From Neoechinorhynchus agilis (Eukaryota; Animalia; Acanthocephala), in NCBI GenBank assembly GCA_051530055.1, contig CM121343.1:1334389-1398388 (forward strand): a stretch of DNA of 64,000 bases. The letters are read 5' to 3'. Made by a program: the position numbers and the translations under genes. The notes below the pieces were generated by a model. That model saw nothing but the letters and a program-made list of their open reading frames with translations, was not told the origin of the DNA and ran no database searches. Shown in pieces: positions 60,151 to 64,000 of this stretch (position 1 is its first letter; each line of letters starts with the position of its first letter).

Positions 60151-62342
60151 GTGTGACGGAACGCGTTCGATACGCAATGAATCGACGAATTTAGTGAATA
60201 AGTTAACTTTGTAGAACAAGTTTAAGGGTGTTAGTAACTCGAACAAAAGTGTGGTCGATAGCGCACATCATTTTCTTTACACTAAAGAAATTCAAAGTGT
60301 AATGCTTTCGCTTTCCTGTGTAAATTCTTTTTACATTGAACATTTGCTAATTTTTTCCACTTAAAAGAACAACCGCCCAAACTAGCCATTTGTAGACCAT
60401 TTTATAATTTAAATTGAGAAATTGCCAGCGTGAATCTGGATTTATGCATTAGTGGGTTTTGGTTGTTAAAATAGAACAGAATAAATTGTAGCACTATTAA
60501 ATCATTGCATCTGGCGACGAGGGTTATTATATCTCACGAACATTAGGAGAATATATATACGTGACAATTTAAATTTGACACATTCACTCTTCCTCGCCCA
60601 ATCCATATTGATAATTATCAGACCACCGTGGAGGATTCGATATGCTTCTATGGTATCAAAATGACAAAAATTTGGATATCAACAAATGACTTACTTGAAT
60701 GCGAAAAAGCTGATTACAATCACTCTTTTAGGATTTCTGCAGTATATAATGACATTTTTTGAATCAACTAGATCTTCGCTTCGATATGGATCATCTCTAA
60801 TTACCGGATCACCCATGGCTTTCTTATTGTTCGTTGACATGTACCTTAGTGCACTTTCTTTAACCGTTCCAAACACCGAGACTTACGAATAAAATTCGGA
60901 TCGACCAAGATGAACGATATTGTCTATTTCCGACCATAGATCACAGCTTAATCGTCTAGTACTGAAATCGTTGGAATAAAAAAGATCACATGCCATATTA
61001 ATGCATTCATTGATTGATTTACGGGCTTCCTTTCCCAATCAACGATTAACCAGTGTCTTTATCATACACTTTTAACTTACCGTCAGACTGTCAAAACGCA
61101 CAAAATCTGTGCTGTGACATTTGCCTGTAAGATCGTATTCCTTCTCAAATGCTAATGTTAAAACACATGATAGAATGAAAACTTTTCTTCGAGTGATCAA
61201 CGGTACATCGGCCTGGCATGATTCGTCGCTTTCTGAGTCATTTTCATCTCTTCTAGTATTGCGAATGGCCAATGGCTAACGGAAAGACCGAGGTTAGTAA
61301 AAGTGCCGCTTGCTGGAAATTTAAAATAATTCTGGCAATTTGCTTCATCGATTAAAACGAATGGTGGTCATTTTCTTAATTATCGCTAAGTCACTATTCA
61401 TAGGAATGGTCTAAGAGCAATCAAATATTTCATACAAAATCAGTTGAATATAAAGAATTCTAATCTGCATCTCTGCTTAAACAACTGATAGATTAACTCT
61501 TCGTAACATGGCAGAAGCTATTTCTCGCAAGAAGCACTGCAAATTAAGTCCTCATTTGTACCTTTCGATACAAATACAGACCCCTCCCCACAATTGATAG
61601 AAATCCTTTAGTCATAATCATTAACTAAAGCGAACATTCTAGTGATATTTTGAAATAGATAACTCATTTCTTATAAAATCAAACCTCCAGTTGTTCAGGG
61701 CATCCATTACGGCAGAAAGTCTTATACATCCTTTTGTAATCACTTTTTATACCATAACTAAAAGCCCTGCACCTATAAATCGAGAACTGAATGAAATCGA
61801 AGATGAATGCGCTTACAGAAAGTAGGGAATCGAACTCTTTGGAGTACTCCTTATAAAAGGATCTATGTACTCGCCAGTGCACAGACACGGTCGATTTATT
61901 GAGGTGCACAAATTGATTGAAAGATTTCTTTCAATGTTTTTCAATACTTCGCTCTTGTAAGGTATCATCCAAATCTATAATCAATATGACATTCTGAGGA
62001 GCATGCTCTTGATCGAAATTTTACGCAATTGATAATAAAAATAGCACCAATAATGAAAAAACATTATAAGTCCAATACAAAACTTAAATCATAATGATGG
62101 AAACGATGAAATTTTTTTTCGAAACTCAGTCATATAAACTAAAAAGAACCGCATTCTAAGCATCCAATTGCTCTTCATTATTCCCGCATTTATATTATAG
62201 CGAATCGTAATTCAAGTGCCATATAGCAACCGCAAAACCTTTGCAGGGGAACATAAAATTTGTAAGATAAAAAACCGCTCAACGAATTGCAATTGTCCGT
62301 TTCAAAAATTGTCAATATGGGAGGTACCGTGGAATGTGATTG

Positions 62343-62535
62343 GAATTATTGTTTAGGTCTACACCCGGTAAATGATTTCATTTATTAAAGCCGTTCTGCG
62401 AACCACGTCGGGTTCATCATCAGTTCTAAAACGCAAGTGGATGAGTAATTTTTTCGGGTGATGATCCCGACGAGGTTCGCAGAACGTCTTTAATGAATAA
62501 TCATTTACCGCGGGTGTAGATCTAAATAATAATTC
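62343..62535. repeat. ~80-bp inverted repeat with hammerhead-like arms
   Basis: Arms 62343-62423 and 62459-62535. Minus strand CTGATGA-T-GAACC-cgacgt-GGTTC-GCAGAAC is the same stem II as the 16063 motif, but GAAA is altered. Confidence 0.75.
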
Positions 62536-62559
62536 TGCTTCAAAAAGCCCATGATAAAA

Positions 62560-64000
62560 GGGACTTAATCACCACATACTCGGAACTTTAAATTTATGGC
62601 TAAATATCCGAATACAAAACGCTCAAGGTGCTGCATTATCCGCTAAAGAAACGCCCCAGATAAAAAACGCTCAAAGAGCCGTATTACCTGTTAAAAAAAG
62701 ATTCCAGATAAAAACGCTCAAAGAGTCGTATTATCAGTTTAAAAAGATTCCAGATAAAAAACGCTCAAAGAGTCGTATTATCAATTTAAAAAAGATTCCA
62801 GATAAAAACGCTCAAAGAGTCGTATTATCAGTTTAAAAAAGATTCCAGATAAAAAACGCTAAAAGAGCCGTATTACGGGTTAAAAAAAGATCTCAGATAA
62901 AAAACGCTAAAAGAGCAGTATTGTCCGTTAAGAAACGCCCCAGATAAAAAACGCTCAAAGAGTCGTATTATCCGTTTAAAAAAGATTCCAGATAAAAAAC
63001 GCTCAAAGAGTCGTATTATCCGTTTAAAAAAGATTCCAGATAAAGAACGCTAAAAGGGCAGTATTATCCGTTTAAAAAAGATTCCAGATAAAAACGCTTA
63101 AAGAGCCGTATTATCCGTTTAAAAAAGATTCCAGATAAAGAACGCTAAAAGAGCCGTATTACCTGTTAAAAAAGATTCCAGATAAAAACGCTTAAAGAGC
63201 CGTATTATCCGTTTAAAAAAGATTCCAGATAAAGAACGCTAAAAGAGCCGTATTACCTGTTTAAAAAGATTCCAGATAAAAACGCTCAAAAAGTCGTATT
63301 ATCCGTTTAAAAAATATCTAGACAAAATGTACTTAATCGCCACATATTCGTAACTTTAAATTCATGATTAAATATCCACATAGAAAACGCTCAAAGAGCA
63401 GTATAATCCGTTTAAAAAAGATCTCAGATAAAAAAACACTAAAAGAGCAGTATTACCAGTTTAAAAAAGATTCCAGATAAAAAACGCTCAAAGAGTCGTA
63501 TTATCCGTTTAAAAAAGATTCCAGATAAAAAACGCTATGAGAGTCGCATTATCCGTTTAAAAAAGATTATAGATAAAAAACGCTCAAAGAGTCGTATTAT
63601 CCGTTCAAAAAAGATTCCATATAAAAAACGCCTAAAGAGTCGTATTATCCGTTTAAAAAATATCTCGACAAAATGTACTTAATCGCCACATATTCGTAAC
63701 TTTAAATTTATGATTAAATATCCACATAGAAAACTCTCAAAGAGCAGTATTATCCGTTTAAAAAAGATCTCAGATAAAAAAACGCTAAAAGAGCAGTATT
63801 ATCCGTTAAAGAAACGCCCCAGATAAAAAACGCTCAAAGAGTCGCATTATCCGTTTAAAAAAGATTCCAGATAAAAAACGCCCAGAGTCGTATTATCCGT
63901 TTAAAAAAGATCTAAGATAAAAAACGCTCAGAGTCGTATTATCCGTTTAAAAAAGATTCCAGATAAAAAACGCTCAAAGAGTCGTATTATCCGTTTAAAA
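62560..64000. repeat. 47-48-bp tandem repeat array with a higher-order interruption, running off the window
   Basis: Unit ccagataaaaaacgctcaaagagtcgtattatccgtttaaaaaagatt, roughly 25 copies. A ~70-bp interrupting unit (..acttaatcgccacatattcgtaactttaaa..) occurs at ~63315 and ~63661, 346 bp apart, with a diverged copy at ~62560. Confidence 0.97.

Noticed and set aside
62560-64000. CRISPR array
   Set aside because: The units are contiguous near-identical monomers with no unique spacers. There are no cas genes and the context is eukaryotic.
1-64000. Terminon/Athena-type giant telomeric PLE
   Set aside because: The PLE pieces here carry GIY-YIG endonucleases, are short and in mixed orientation, and no telomeric repeats are seen.

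Overview
This window is AT-rich eukaryotic (invertebrate-like) genomic DNA. It has short GT-AG introns and no intact housekeeping gene, and is almost entirely a rearranged transposon graveyard: RTE, CRE-like and other LINE fragments, Ty3/Gypsy gag, integrase and LTR remnants, many Penelope-like element (PLE) fragments, and one tRNA-derived SINE. It ends in a ~48-bp tandem array that runs off the right edge. The most notable structures are: (1) a ~3.2-kb GC-richer degraded ORF resembling a totivirus-like capsid, inserted inside one RTE LINE whose two halves are collinear on either side; (2) a near-identical 5.2-kb inverted repeat (10088-15257 / 31152-36314) around a 15.9-kb spacer, within a wider network of direct and inverted segmental duplications; (3) four disabled copies of a metazoan-type mRNA-capping guanylyltransferase domain next to PLE fragments; (4) a recurrent hammerhead-ribozyme-like motif (CUGAnGA-N-stem-GAAA), often in fold-back pairs, including a 193-bp palindromic insertion with an 11-bp target-site duplication; (5) an ORF1-only LINE derivative with a TSD and a matching empty site; (6) an orphan acidic ORF carrying NPF, PPPGF and STQT motifs in two copies. 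All family assignments come from motifs read by eye, with no database search. Coordinates were counted by hand; fragment boundaries are approximate unless a junction is quoted.
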